Shown here: positions 1-13,340 of the stretch, one piece after another
How the letters are laid out: each line of letters opens with the position of its first letter
How positions within the stretch are numbered: position 1 is the first letter of the stretch
From: Mobula hypostoma
Taxonomy: Eukaryota
Direction of reading: 5' to 3'
NCBI RefSeq assembly: GCF_963921235.1
Contig: NC_086108.1
Location: 117,616,001-117,680,000, forward strand
DNA: 64,000 nt
The notes under the pieces: model-generated
Told to the model about the DNA's origin: nothing
What the model saw: the letters and a program-made list of their open reading frames with translations, nothing else
The model's database searches: none
Made by a program: the position numbers and the translations under genes

Positions 1-93
1 TCTCTTACTGGAGGCCTGTGACTTGTGATGTGTCACAGGGATCGGTGCTGGGCCCTGTTGTTTGACATCTATATCAACGATCTGGATTATAAT

Positions 94-1301
94 CAATGTT
101 CCCTCTAATTTTTAGTAGTCAGTGTGCACAAAAATCTTATGTTGTGCAAATTTTTTTCCTGTGACAAAAGTATGTGCACACTGAATGCACACATGGGGCA
201 GTTTATGTAGGTTTACAAAATACTTGGCATAAAACTGCACAGAATAACAACAAAATAACATGCATACTTAAGTCACTCAGTTATTTTTCTCTCTCCTGTC
301 TTTGGCATTTACGTGTTCTTTGTAAACCCTATCTAGACTAATCGAACTTCCATCCAATTGATAGCTTTTGATTCTCATTCACATATCCAAATGACATTCA
401 CCTAAACGGTTTCTCAGCTTGTTTTTGAGTTGATTTTTCAGGCTAAAATCTTGCTCACAGTCCGCACTAGATGCAAGAAAGGTTCCCCCAGTGTCCATCA
501 ACAGCGCAAGGTTGCAAAACTGTTCATTTTGAAGTACAAATGCCACCATTTGAGCAAAGTTGGAAATCAGTTTGGATTTAATTTTTTCTTGCATGAAAAA
601 TTTGAAATCATTTAACTATTTACAGTATTTTCAGCTAGAAAATCATGATATTTTAGACATAAGGCATTAACTTGTTCATCACCAAATGTGAAGTCACAAT
701 CTACAATTGCAGGGAAATCAAAAGCTGACCATTCATCTTCAGGAAACCTTTCTTCTAAATGAACACAAAGATGATTTATAAAAGTCAACAGCGAACTTGT
801 ATCTACTGTGATGTTTTCTTCACGTTGTTGGCTTAGCAAAACTTTAACTTTGTCACTCCACAAAACATTGTCTCCCAAATACTGCTTTCTTATCTTGTTA
901 ATTTTGCCTGGCACAAAATGAAGTGAATCAATCGGTGTCAGGCCACTCTTTTGCAGAATCTTGCACAGTGCAGCTATCTAGAGGATTTGAAACCGATCTT
1001 TGTAAACATTACGATATGAACACTGTCCGCCAAAGATGGCTGCTGCCGCTGTGATGCAGCTGTACAAACCGGAACAGGAAAGGTGAAGTGACGTAAATTA
1101 GTGACGTGCATTGGGGTATTTGAAAAACGGACTCACTAGTTAACAGAAACATCTAGCTAAAAGGTTATTTTCAATAAGTATAATTATTAATTACTACATT
1201 ATTTTAGGTAACCAGCCTTTTGCGCACACATTAATTTCCTTTGTAGTTGGTTGAAAAACGTGTGTGCGTGCACACACGCGCACGGCTTAGAGGGAACATA
1301 G
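94..1301 (-). mobile_element. Internally deleted (non-autonomous) hAT DNA transposon
   Basis: 15-bp TIRs CAATGTTCCCTCTAA (94-108) / TTAGAGGGAACATAG (1287-1301), 14/15 match. Perfect 8-bp TSD ATTATAAT at 86-93 and 1302-1309. Minus-strand ORFs 379-594 and 612-914 include the hAT C-terminal dimerisation motif (LASSADCEQDFSLKNQLKNKLRNRL). Confidence 0.93.
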
Positions 1302-1686
1302 ATTATAATGTGGTAGACTGGTTCAGCAAATTTGTGGATAACAAGATTGGTGGGGTAGTGGATAGCAAGGCTTGCAGTGGGACCTGGATCAGCAGGAAAA
1401 GTGGGCTGAAAGATGACAGATGAATTTAATGCGGACAAGTGTAAGGTGTTGCATTTTGGGAGGACCAACCAGGGGAGCTCTTACACCGTGAGCTGTAGGG
1501 CACTGAAGAGTGCGGTAGAACGGAGGGATCTGGGAATACAGGTCAATAATTCCTTGAAGGTGTTATCACAGCTAGATGGGGTCATAAGGAATTCTTTTGG
1601 CACATTAGCCTTTACAGATCAATGTATTGAGTACAGAAGTTGGGATGTATAAGATTTTAGCAAGGCCAAATTTGGAGTATTATGTG

Positions 1687-3086
1687 AAGGCCAGTTAGCT
1701 TAACATCTGTAGTTGGGAAAATGCGTGAAGTTGTCATTAAGAAAGAAATAACAAAACATTTAGAAAGGAGTGGTTCCATTAGACAGACACAGCAAGGATT
1801 CAGAAAAGGCAGGTCCTGTTTGACAAACCTACTGGAGTTCTTTGAGGTCATAATGAGTGCAGTGGATAGAGGAGAACAGGTGGATGTCGTATACTTGGAT
1901 GTCCAGAAGGCGTTTGATAAGGTGCCGCACAAGAGACTTATAAATAAGATATGGATGCATGGAGTCGGAGGAAGTGTCTTGGTATGGATAGTGGATTGGT
2001 TAACCGATAGAAGGCAGAGAGTTGGTATAAAGGGTGTTTCTCCAGTTGGCAGTCAGTGGTGAGTGGGGTGCCGCAGGGGTCGGTGCTAGGCCCGCAGCTG
2101 TTTACCATTTACACTGATGATTTGGAAGAGGGAACTGAGTGTAGTGTAGCAAAATTTGCTGATGACACTAAACTGAGTGGAAAATCAAATTGTACAGAGG
2201 ATGTGAAGAGTCTGCAGAGGGATAGAGATAGGTTAAGTGAGTGGGCCAAGGTCTGGCAGATGGAACACAATGTTCGTAAATGCGAGATCATCCACTTTGG
2301 AAGGAATAATAGAAGAGCAGATTATTATTTAAATGGTGAAAGGTTGCAGCATGCTGTTGTGCAGAGGGACTTGGGAGTGCTTGTTCATGAATTGCATAAA
2401 GTTGGGTTACAGGTACAACAGGTTATTAAGAAGGCAAAGAGAATGTTAGCCTTCATTGCTAAAGGGATTGAATTCAAGAGCAGGGAGGTCATGCTGCAAC
2501 TATACAGAGTACTGGTGAGGCCGCACCTGGAGTACTGCGTGCAGATCTGGTCTCCGTACTTGAGGAAGGATATACTGGCTTTGGAGGCAATGCAGAGGAG
2601 GTTCACCAGGTTGATTCCAGGGATGAAGGGGTTAACCTATGAGGAGAGATTGAGCCACCAGGGACTATACTCTTCGGAGTTCAGAAGAATGAGAGGGGAT
2701 CTTACAGAAACATACAAAATTTAGAAAGGGATAGATAAGATAGGAGGAGGAAAGTTGTTTCCATTGGTAGGTGAGACTAGAACTAGGGGACATTGCCTCA
2801 AGATTCAGGGGAGAAAATTTAGGATGGAGATGAGGAGAAACTGTTTTTCCCAGAGAATGGTGAACCTGTGGAATTCTCTGCCCAGGGAAGCAGTTGAGGC
2901 TTCTTCACTAAATATATTTAAGAAACAGATAGGTTTTTACATAGTAGAGGAATTAAGGGTTATGGAGAAAAGGCAGGTAGATGGAGCTGTGTTTACGGAC
3001 AGATCAGCCATGATCTTATTGAATGGTGGGGCAGGCCTGATGGGCCGGATGGCCGACTCCTGCTCCTATTTCTTATGTGCTTATGT
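1687..3086 (+). mobile_element. 5'-truncated CR1 LINE (RT + 3' UTR) nested in another CR1
   Basis: ORFs 1721-2062 and 2056-2724 contain [38 protein letters not shown] and KFADD. Ends in a tcttatgtgcttatgt tail. Confidence 0.92.
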
Positions 3087-4039
3087 ACGTTTTGGTCACC
3101 TACTTGTAGGAACGATATAAGTAAGTTTGCAAGAGTGCAGGGAAAACTTACAAGGATGTTGTTAGGTCCGGGGGACCTGAGTTATAAGGAAAGATTGAAT
3201 AGTTTATGACTGTATTCCTGAGAATGTAGATGATTGCAGGGAAATTTGATAGATGTATACAAAATTATGAGGGCATATTGAGAGGGTAAACACAAGCAGG
3301 CTTTTCCATTGAGGTTGGGTGAAGACTACAATTAGAGGTCGTGGGTTAAGGGTGAAAGTTGAAATGTTTAAGGGGAACGTGACGGGGAAACTTCACTCAG
3401 AGGGTGTTAAGAGTGTGGAAAGAGCTTCCAGCACAAGTGGTGGATGGGGATTCAATTTCAACATTTAAGAGAGATTAGGATAGATACATGGATGAGAGGG
3501 GTATGGAGGGCTGAGGTCCAAGTGCAGGTTGATGGGACTAGGTAGTTTAATGGCTCAGCACAGGCTTGATGAGCTGAAGGGCCCCTTTCTGTGCTGTAGT
3601 GTTGTATGACACTTTTAGAAGAGATTAAAGAGACCATAACTTGATTCTATGGATCTTTGAAGAATTAGAGGTATCATAGTGTCATGGAACTACCTCCTTG
3701 TATGTCCCGTGTGTCAACCCCTTCAGCCACCTGAATGATATGGAATTCATCCAGTTCCAGGTCCAACTCCTTAACAGGTGAACTAAAAGATATTTCCTAG
3801 GGGTGAATGTGGAGATGGTTTTTCCTCTGGTTGGGAGTCTGAGTCTCTGAACAAACAGTTCAGATCTGAAGTCAGGGCACATTCTTCCCAAAGAGGACAG
3901 TGAGTTGTTGGAACTCTCAATAATAGAGCAGTGAAGATTGCGTGCTGTGTTTATTCCAAACTGAGTTGTTTAGATTTCAGGATATCAAGGGACTTGAGGA
4001 ATGTGTAGAAAACCAATCATGATCTTGCTGAGAGGAAGG

Positions 4040-4590
4040 AGACAGAGAGCTTAGTAACATGGTGTCATGACAACAACCTGTTCCTCAATGTCAACAAAAC
4101 CAAAGAGCTGGTCATTGTCTTCAGGAGGGGTAAGGTGGTGCACATGCTCCTATCCGCAATAATGGAATTAAGGTTGAATGGTTTGGGAGCTTCAAGTTCC
4201 TAGTTTGGACCAATAGCCTATCCTGGTTCATCTGTTAGACACCACGACCAAGGCGGCTAACCAAGGCTTCTACTTCCTCAAGAAGCTAAAAAAAAAACAA
4301 TGAACATGTCCCCATCAGCCCTCACCAATTTTAATTGATGTACCACTGAAAGCATCCTATCTGAATGATTCACAGCTTGGTATGGCAACTGCATAGAACA
4401 CAAGAAATTGAAAAGAGGGCACAATTCAGCATATCACAAAAAGCAGCTTCCCCTCCATGGACTCTGTCTACACTTCTCACTGCCTCCGTAAAACAACCAG
4501 CATTATCAAAGACCCCATCCACCTCTGATATTCTCCCTTCTTCCATCTCTGAATGGCAGAAGATACAAAAGCCTGAAACCATGTACCAAT
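4040..4590 (+). mobile_element. Degenerate Rex1/Babar-like LINE fragment
   Basis: tggtgtcatgacaacaacctgttcctcaatgtcaacaaaaccaaagagctg encodes WCHDNNLFLNVNKTKEL, homologous to the better preserved copy at 48767-50290. Confidence 0.7.
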
Positions 4591-4794
4591 TCCAATTTCA
4601 GTTGAGTGGTGAAGCAGGTAAGGGGGTGGAATGGCCTTTCTCAGCTCCTGTTTGTCCTGTTTATCAGCATTGCCTCATTTGAATTCTATCGTTATGGCAT
4701 TTAAAATCAGTGGAATCACACATTCTGAACACGTGTACCTACTTCCATTCCATGCCTCATTAGTTGTTACAGCAGCGAAGCCAGTGGGATGAAA

Positions 4795-5465
4795 GGTCAA
4801 AGTAAACTTATTATCTAAGTACATATGTCACCATATACAGCCCGAGATTTGTTCTCTTGCGAGCATACTCAGTAAGTTTAAGAATCAATTAAAGACTGCA
4901 TCCAACAGGGCGGACAAGCAACCAGTGTGCAAATACAACTGATAAGAGAAATAAGAAGAACTAAATAAGCAATAAATATTGAGAACATGAAATGAAGAGT
5001 CCTTGAAAGTGAGACCATTGTTTATGGGAACAGTTCAGTAATGGGGTGAGTAAACTTATCCGCTCAGATTAAAGACCCTGATGGCTGAGGAGTAGTAATT
5101 GTTCCTGAACTTGGTGGTGTGAGTCCTTAAGATACCTGTGCCTTTTTCCTGATGGCAACAAGAAGAGAGCATAGTTTGGATGGTGGGGGGTTCTTGATGA
5201 TGGATGCTGCTTTCCTGCGACAGCTCTCCATGTAGATATGCTCAAAGATGGGGAGAGATTTATCCTTGTTTGACTGGGCCGAATCCATTACTACTTGTAG
5301 GATTTTCTGTTCAAGGGCATTGCTATTTCCATATTAGGCTGTGATGCAGCCAGTCAATATACTGTCCACTACACATCTATAAGGCTTTACCCATGATGGA
5401 CTGAGCCATATCTACTACTATTTGTAGAATTTTCAGTTCAAGGGCATTGGTGTTGCAACTGGTGC
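4795..5465 (-). mobile_element. Degenerate Rex1/Babar-like LINE 3' end, with a local ~100-bp tandem duplication
   Basis: Reverse complement resembles the Rex-like 3' segments at 8620-9060 and 10330-10495. Segment ~5260-5330 is repeated at ~5385-5455. Confidence 0.55.
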
Positions 5466-6127
5466 TTCCAGTGGAGTTCTTACAAAGCAGGATCCCACAA
5501 AAAAAAACACGTAAAATGCAGGAGAATTTCATGCAGTATCTATGAAGAGGAATAAAGATCTGACATTTCAGACTGAGATCTTCCATCAGAACTCCAAAAA
5601 TATCCCAGGAAAAAGCAAGGGGGCTTGGTGTTGCGGGATGGTTTGTCCCCCAGTGTGTTCACACCTGCCATGAATCAGTTGAGCAGTTTCCTGTAGTCAG
5701 GGCAGTGGGCCGGATCCCTCAGCCGTTTAGTGAGTTTAATTATTCAAACAGCGGAAATGGCAACCAGATGGTGAAGCTGCTAATTATTCAACCTCCTGCA
5801 AGGCTCCTTGTCGTTCTACAGTCGCTCTGTGTAAAGTATTCGTCTCTAAGGCATGGGTCACGTTTAACCTCCAAAGCATTAACATCCGCCCTTCAAGGAG
5901 CCTGTCGGTGTACACAGTGCTCCAGATGTGGTCAGAGCTGCAACTGAATCATAACCTTTCTCTTCTGTATTTGTTTCCCCCAGCAGTAAACGACCATATC
6001 CTGTTAGAGTTGCAGTTTACTTGCTGCTTGTGAACACAAACCCTTTGATACTGGACAGGGTAACCTCAGGCGCCTGCTCATGAACACAAGCCTCTGAACC
6101 TGCACAGGGACATCCAGGTCCCTCTAT

Positions 6128-6783
6128 ACAAGACCATAACCGTAAGATATAGAAGCAGAATTAAGCCATTTGGCCAATCGAGTCTGCTCTGCCGTTTCGT
6201 TATGGCTGATCCAATTTTCCTCTCAGCCCCAGCCTCCTGCCCTCTTACCCTTATCCTTCATCCCCTAAGCAATCAAAAATCTATCAAACTCTGCCTTAAA
6301 TATACGTAAAGACTTGGCCTCCATAGCTGCATGTGGCAAAGAGTTCCCCAGATTTTCCGCTCTTTGTCTAAAGAAATTCCTCCTCATCTCCATTCTAAAA
6401 GGACTGCCCTCTATTCAGAGGTTGTGTCCACTGATCCTAGACTCTCCCACCTTTGGAAACATCCTCTCCCCATCCACTCTATCAAGGCTTTTCACCATTC
6501 AATAGGTTTCAATGAAGTCACCCGTTAGTCTTCTGAATTCAAGTGAATAAAGGCCCAGAGCCATCAAACACTCTTCATCTGACAAGCCATTCAATCCTAG
6601 AATCATTTTCATGAACCTCCTTTGAACCCTCTCCAGTTCCAGCACATCCTTTCTAAGATAAGGTGCTTTATAAAATTTCAACATTACATCCTTGCTTTTA
6701 TATTCTAGTCCTCTTGAAATGAATGCTAACATTGCATTTGCCTTCCTCACCACCGACTTGACCTACGAATTAGCCTTCAGTGA
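6128..6783 (-). mobile_element. CR1 LINE 3' fragment
   Basis: ORF 6499-6753 (KANAMLAFISRGLEYKSK...LGLYSLEFRR). Tail accataa repeats at ~6130-6145. Confidence 0.88.
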
Positions 6784-6784
6784 A

Positions 6785-7660
6785 TCCCTCTTCCCCCCCC
6801 CCCGACTTTCCATAGGGATTGCTCCCTTTGTGACTTGTTTGTTCACTCGTCCATCCCTACAGATCTCCCTTGTGGTACTTATCCTTGCAAGCAGAACAAG
6901 TGCTACACCTGCCCTTAACATCTTCCCTCGCTACCATTCAAGGCCCCAAATAGTCTTTCCAGGTGAGGCAACACTTCACCTGTAAGCCTGTTGGGGTCAT
7001 CTACTGCATCTGGTGCTCCCAGTATATCGGTGAGACCCGACAGAGAATGAGAGACTACTTTGCCGAGGTCCTATGCTTCATCTGCCAGAAAAAGTAGAAT
7101 CTCCCAGAAGCCACCCTTTTCAATTCTACTTCCCATTCCCATTCCAACATGTTACTCCATGGCCTACTCTACTACCACAATGAGGGAACACTCAGTTTGG
7201 AGCAGCAACACCTTGTATTTCATCTGGGAAGCCTCCAATCTGATGGCACGAACATTGATTTCTCGAACTTCCAGTAATTTCACACCCCCTTTCACTATTC
7301 TCCATTCCTGTTTCCCTCTCTCACCTTATCCCCTTACCAGCCCATCACCTCCCTCTGGTGCTCCTCCTCATTCTTTTCTTTCCACGGTACTATATATTCT
7401 TCTATCAAATTACTTCTTCTCCAATCCTTTATCTCTTTCACCGATCAGCTTCCCAGCACTTTACTTCACCCCATCACCCTCTCCCGGTTTCAGCAATCAC
7501 CTGCCACCTTGTGCTTCTTCCTCCCCTCCCTCCACCTTCTTACCCTTACTTCTCCCCTTCCTTTCCAGTCCTGATGAGGGTCTCAGCCTGTAACATTCAC
7601 TCTTCACTCTTTTCCATAGATACTGTCTGGCCTGCTGAGTTCTTCCAGCAGTGTGTGTTG
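6785..7660 (+). mobile_element. Older Penelope-like element 3' part (GIY-YIG remnant, degenerate hammerhead)
   Basis: gtcatctactgcatc...tatatcggtgagacc encodes VIYCI...YIGET. Homologous to the reverse complement of ~52700-53560. ccagtcctgatgagggtctcagcctgtaac at ~7565-7595. Confidence 0.8.
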
Positions 7661-8080
7661 CCTTCGGAGTCCTTGTGCAGGATTCCCTAAAGGTTAACTT
7701 GGGCCCCTTGGGCCCCTTGGGCAAAGATGGGCTGACATTGAGATAGAGTGGATTTGTAGATGTTTCTGATAATGGGGGAGTCTAAGACTGGAGGACACAG
7801 CCTCAGAACTGAGGGACATTCATTTAGAACAGAGATGAGAAAAAGTTTCTTTAACCAGAGGGTAGAAAATCTGTGGAATTCATTACTGCAGATAGATGTG
7901 CAGGCTAAGTCATTGTGTATATTTAAGGTGGAGATTGATGGGTTCTCGATTAATCAGGGTGTTAAAGGTTATGGGGAATGGCAGGAGAATTGGGTTGAGA
8001 GGGCTAATAACTCAGCCATGATGAAATTGTGGAGCAGAGTTGATGAGTGGAACAACCTCATTCTGTGCCCATGTCTTATA
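7660..8080 (+). mobile_element. Degenerate CR1 3' fragments
   Basis: GHSLRTEGHSFRTEMRKSFFNQRVENLWNSL in ORF 7760-8422. Confidence 0.75.
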
Positions 8081-9060
8081 CTCAGGGTTCCCGTCATGAA
8101 CACAAGCCCTTTGATCCTCCACAGGGATACCCAGTTCCCTGTAGCTCAGGGTTCTGCACTCTCTCACACATTATATAATATACTTCCTACTTTTATCCTG
8201 CCAAGGTGGAAATGTCCACATTTTCCCATTTGCACTGCAGTGTTGTTGATAATGAAGAGACCTGAATTACGGAAGATGGCTAAGGCAATATCAGAAGGAA
8301 GAAGTGACAAGGTGTCCTCAAAGGTTGGACCCACAGAGTGTGCAATAGGGCCCGAGGCAGGAATGGTGGGATCTTGGTGTACGAGGTCAGGGATCCCTAA
8401 TGATGATAGCAAGGGTAGATAAAGTGAAGGAGGCATACAAGTTACCATCTTCATCAGTCAGGACATAGATTACAGCAGTAAAGAGGTTATATAGTAACTT
8501 CATAAAACATTGGTCAGGTCACAGCTGGAAATATGTGGACAGTACATTTCTGGTCACTACAGTTATGGAAAGGGTATGTTGGTTGTTTGTCTTTGTTGTG
8601 TGTGGTATTTCATTAATACTATTCAGATTGACTGTCTGAATCACATCCTAGTAAGGAAACTCCAAAGCCTTTGAAAGAAAAGTTCTACAAAAAGTAGTGG
8701 CTATGCCCCAGTCGATCATGGGTAAAGCCCGCTCTACCATTTAGCGCATCTACACGAAATGCTGTCTCAGGAAGGCTGCATCCACCATCAGGGATTCTCA
8801 TCACTCAGGTCATGGTTTCTTCTTGCTGCTGCCATCAGGAAGAAGGTTACAGGACTATCACCTCCAGATTCAGGAACATTTATTACCCCTCAACCATCAG
8901 ACTCTTGAAACAGAGGCGATAACTTCAATCAACTTCACTTGCCCCATCATTGAAATGTTCCCACAACCTATGGACCCACTTTCAAAGACTTCACTTTACG
9001 TCCTCAATATTTATTGTTTCTTTATTATTATTTATATTTATTTCTTTTTGTATTTCATAG

Positions 9061-10322
9061 AATCTCATAGAATTTTTTGAGGATGTAACTAGTAGAGTGG
9101 ATAGGGGAGAACCAGTGGATGTGGTATATTTGGATTTTCAAAAGGCTTTTGACAAGGTCCCACACAGGAGATTAGTGTGCAAACTTAAAGCACACGGTAT
9201 TGGGGGTAAGGTATTGGTGTGGGTGGAGAATTGGTTAGCAGACAGGAAGCAAAGAGTGGGAATAAACAGGACCTTTTCAGAATGGCAGGCGGTGACTAGT
9301 GGGGTACCGCAAGGCTCAGTGCTGGGACCCCAGTTGTTTACAATATATATTAATGACTTGGATGAGGGAATTAAATGCAGCATCTCCAAGTTTGCGGATG
9401 ACAGGAAGCTGGGCGGCAGTGTTAACTGTGAGGAGGATGCTAAGAGGATGCAGGGTGACTTGGATAGGTTGGGTGAGTGGGCAAACTCATGGCAGATGCA
9501 ATTTAATGTGGATAAATGTGAAGTTATCCACTTTGGTGGCAAAAATAGGAAAACAGATTATTATCTGAATGGTGGCCGATTAGGAAAAGGGGAGGTGCAA
9601 CGAGACCTGGGTGTCATTATACACCAGTGATTGAAAGTGGGCATGCAGGTACAGCAGGCGGTGAAAAAGGCGAACGGTATGCTGGCATTTATAGCGAGAG
9701 GATTCGAGTACAGGAGCAGGGAGGTACTACTGCAGTTGTACAAGGCCTTGGTGAGACCACACCTGGAGTATTGTGTGCAGTTTAGGTCTCCTAATCTGAG
9801 GAAAGACATCTTTGCCATAGAGGGAGTACAAAGAAGGTTCACCAGATTGATTCCTGGGATGGCAGGTCTTTCATATGAAGAAAGACTGGATGAACTGGGC
9901 TTGTACTCGTTGGAATTTAGAAGATTGAGGGGGGATCTGATTGAAACGTATAAGATCCTAAAGGGATTGGACAGGCTAGATGCGGGAAGATTGTTCCCGA
10001 TGTTGGGGAGGTCCAGAACGAGGGGTCACAGTTTGAGAATAGAGGGGAAGCCTTTTAGGACCGAGATTAGGAAAAACTTCTTCACACAGAGAGTGGTGAA
10101 TCTGTGGAATTCTCTGCCACAGCAAACTGCTGAGGCCAGTTCATTGGCTATGTTTAAGAGGGAGTTAGATATGGCCCTTGTGGCTACAGGGGTCAGGGGG
10201 TATGGAGGGAAGGCTGGGTTCTGAGTTGGATGATCAGCCATGATCATAATAAATGGCGGTGCAGGCTCGAGGGGCCGAATAGCCTACTCCTGCACCTATT
10301 TTCTATGTTTCTATGTTTCTAT
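9061..10322 (+). mobile_element. Young 5'-truncated CR1 LINE inserted in a Rex-like 3' UTR (8620-10495)
   Basis: ORFs 9097-9630 and 9631-10224 are separated by a single stop and carry the RT motifs. Tail (ttctatgt)n. Nearly identical to 51381-52028. Confidence 0.93.
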
Positions 10323-10624
10323 TTCCATAGTTTTATCTTTTGTGCACTAGTTCAATGCCCAGTTGGTGTGGACTTTCATTGATTCTATTATGGTTATTAT
10401 TCTGTAGATTTATTGAGTATGCCTGCAAGAAAATGAATATCAGAATTGTATGTGGTGACATATACGGACCTTGATAATAAATTTACTTGGAACTTCACTG
10501 CATTGTAGATGGTGCAGGGGAGATTCATCAGGGTGTTGCCTGGGAATGGAAGATTTCTGTTAAGACCTGAGATAGGAATTTGTTTTCCTTTCAGCAAGGA
10601 GGCTGACGGAGGACAGATCGAGGT

Positions 10625-13340
10625 AGAGGGGCATGGGAATTACAGGGAACTACAGACGCATGAGAGAGGAGCTTGCCCAGGTGGATTGGAGGGGGATACT
10701 GGCAGGGAAGAGGGAGTTTCTGGGGATAGTTCACAAGGCACAGGATAGATATGTCCCACAGAAGAAGTTGTTCTCAGTTAGCAGGGGTAGGCAGCCGTGG
10801 CTGACAAGGGAAGTTAAGGATTACATAAAAGCCAAAGAAAAGTCATATAAGGTAGCAAAAGTGAGTGGGAAGTTGGAAGATTGGGGAGTTTTTAAAATAC
10901 AGCAAAAGGTAACTAAAAAGAGCCATAAGAAGGGAAAAGATGAAATATGAGGGCAAACTAGCCAATAATATAAAGGAGGATACTAAAAGTTTTTTTCAGT
11001 ACTATAAAGAGTGAAAGGGAGGTAAGAGCTGATATTGGACCACTAGAAAATGATACTGGTGAGGAAGTAATGGGGGACAAAGAAATAGTGCACGAACTGA
11101 ATAAGTATTTTGCAACTGTCTTCACTAACACTAATGTGCCAGAGGTATGTGAGTGTCAGGGAGCAAGAGTGAATGCCATTATTATTACAAATGAAAAAGT
11201 GAAAGGCAAGCTGGAAGGTCCTAAGGTGGATAAGTCACCTGGACCAGATGGATTACATCATGATTTCTATAAATGACCTGGCTGAGGAAGTGCAAGGATG
11301 CTGATGACACAAAGGTTGGAGGTGTGGTGGATAGTGTGGAGGGCTGTCAGAGGTTACAGCGGGACATCGATAGGATGCAAAACTGGTCTGACAAGTGGTA
11401 GATGGAATTCAACCCAGATAAGTGTGAAGTGGTTAATTTAGGTAGGTCAAATATGATGGCAGAATTTGTATTAATAGTAAAACTCTTGGCAGTGTGGAGG
11501 ATCAGAGGGATCTTGGGGTCCGAGTCCATAGGACGCTCAAAGCAGCTGCAAAGGTTGACTCTGTGGTTAAGAAGGCATATGATGTATTGGCCTTCATCAA
11601 TCGTGGAATTTAATTTAGGAGCCGAGAGGAAATGCAGCTATATACAACCCTTCTCAGACCCCACTTGGAGTACTGTGCTCAGTTCTGGTCGCCTCACTAC
11701 AGAAAGGATGTGGAAACCATAGAAAGGGTGCAGAGGAGATTTACAAGGATGTTGCCTGGATTGGGGAGCATGCCTTATGAAAACAGGTTGAGTGAAATCG
11801 GCCTTTTCTCCTTGGAGTGACAGAGGATGAGAGGTGACCTAATAGAAGTGTATAAGATGATGAGAGGCATTGATCGTATGGATTGTCAGAGGCTTTTTCC
11901 CAGGGCTGAAATGGCAGCCACAAGAGGGAACAGGTTTAAGGTGCTGGGGAGTAGGTACAGAGGAGATGTCAGGGTTCCTCTCCACATCCACCCTCTTTTT
12001 ACGCAGAGAGTGGTGAGTGCATGGAATGGGCTGCTGGCAACGGTGGTGGAGGCGGATACGATAGGGTCTTTTAAGTGACTTTTGGATGGAGCTTAGAAAA
12101 ATAGAGGGCTATGGGTACCCAAGTAATTTCTAAGGTAGGGACATGTTCGGCACAGCTTTGTGGGCCGAAGGGCCTGTATTGTGCTGTAGGTTTTCTATGT
12201 TTCTGAAAGAGGTTGCTGAAGGGAGAGCAGATGCATTAGTCATGATCTTTAAAGAATCACTTTATTCTTGCATAGTTCCAGAGGAATGGAAAATTGCAAA
12301 TGTCACACCACTCTTTAAGAAGGGAGGAAGGCAAAAGAAAGAAAATAATAGTCCAGTTAACGTAACTTCAGTGGTTGGTATAGTTTTGGAGTCTATTATT
12401 AAGGATGAGGTTTTGAGGTACTTGAAGACTAATGATAAATTAATTCAAAGTCAGCATGGTTTCTGTAAAGGGAAATCTTGCCTGACAAATCCGTTAGAGT
12501 TCTTCAAGGAAGTAACAAGCAGGGTGGACAAAGGAGAGGCAGTGGATGTCGTTTACTTGGATTTTCAGAAGGCATTTGATAAGGTTCCACACATGAGGCT
12601 GTTTAACAAGATAAAATCCTGTGGCATTACAGGAAAGATACTGGCATGGATAGTGGAATGGCTGACAGGCAGGAGGCAGCAAGTGGGAATAAAAGGGGCC
12701 TTTTCTGGTTGGCTACCAGTGACTAGTGGTGTTCCTCAGGGGTCAGTATTGGGACCACTGCTTTTCACATTGTTTGTCAATGATTTAGATAATGAGTTGA
12801 TGGCTTTGTGGCAAAGTTTGCAGATGATACAAAGATACATGGAGGGGTAGGCAGTGCTGAGGAAAGAATGCGATTGCAGCAGGACAGACAAATTGGAAGA
12901 ATGGGCAAAAAAAGTGGCGGATAGAATACAGTATTAGGAAATGTATGATAATGTATTTGGTAAAAGGAACAAAAGTGCAGACTATTATCTAAATGGGGAG
13001 AAAATTCAAACATTAGAGGTGCAAAGGAAATTAGCAGTGCTCGTGCAAGGTTGTTTTACAAGTTGAGTCTGTGGTAAAGAAGGCAAATGCAATATTGCCA
13101 TTCATTTCAAGAGTAATAGAATATAAAAACAAGGAGATAATGCTTAGGCTTTATAAGACACAAGTCAGGCCTCACTTGGAATATTATCAACAGTTTTGGG
13201 CCAAGTACCTCAGAAAAGATGTGTTGTCATTGGAGAGAGCCCAGAGGTAGTTCATGAGGATGATTACAGGAATGAAGGGGTTAACTTATCAAGAGAGTTT
13301 GGCTGCTTTGTGCCTGTACTCACTGGAATTTAGAAGATCA
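10625..13340 (+). mobile_element. CR1 ORF2 (linker + RT), interrupted by a second CR1 subfamily at ~11261-12203
   Basis: KSPGPDGLH is split at ~11260 and resumes as LKEVAEG at ~12204. The nested copy ends in ttttctatgtttct. Confidence 0.87.

Larger units (their letters stand above)
1..3612 (+). mobile_element. CR1-clade LINE 3' portion (RT to 3' UTR), interrupted by a hAT element (94-1301) and a second CR1 (~1687-3086)
   Basis: Degenerate [11 protein letters not shown] region at 20-60. The sequence resumes after the TSD at 1302 (EFNADKCKVLHFGR). The RPxLEYCVQFWSP motif is split at ~1686/3087. CR1-like 3' end near 3600. Confidence 0.85.

Noticed and set aside
5950..6040. Strong-looking acceptor ttgtttcccccag
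   Set aside because: The surrounding sequence resembles a decayed antisense CR1 segment and no donor follows.
9631..10322. Segmental duplication with 51381-52028
   Set aside because: The flanks and 5' truncation points differ; these are independent insertions of the same young CR1 subfamily.
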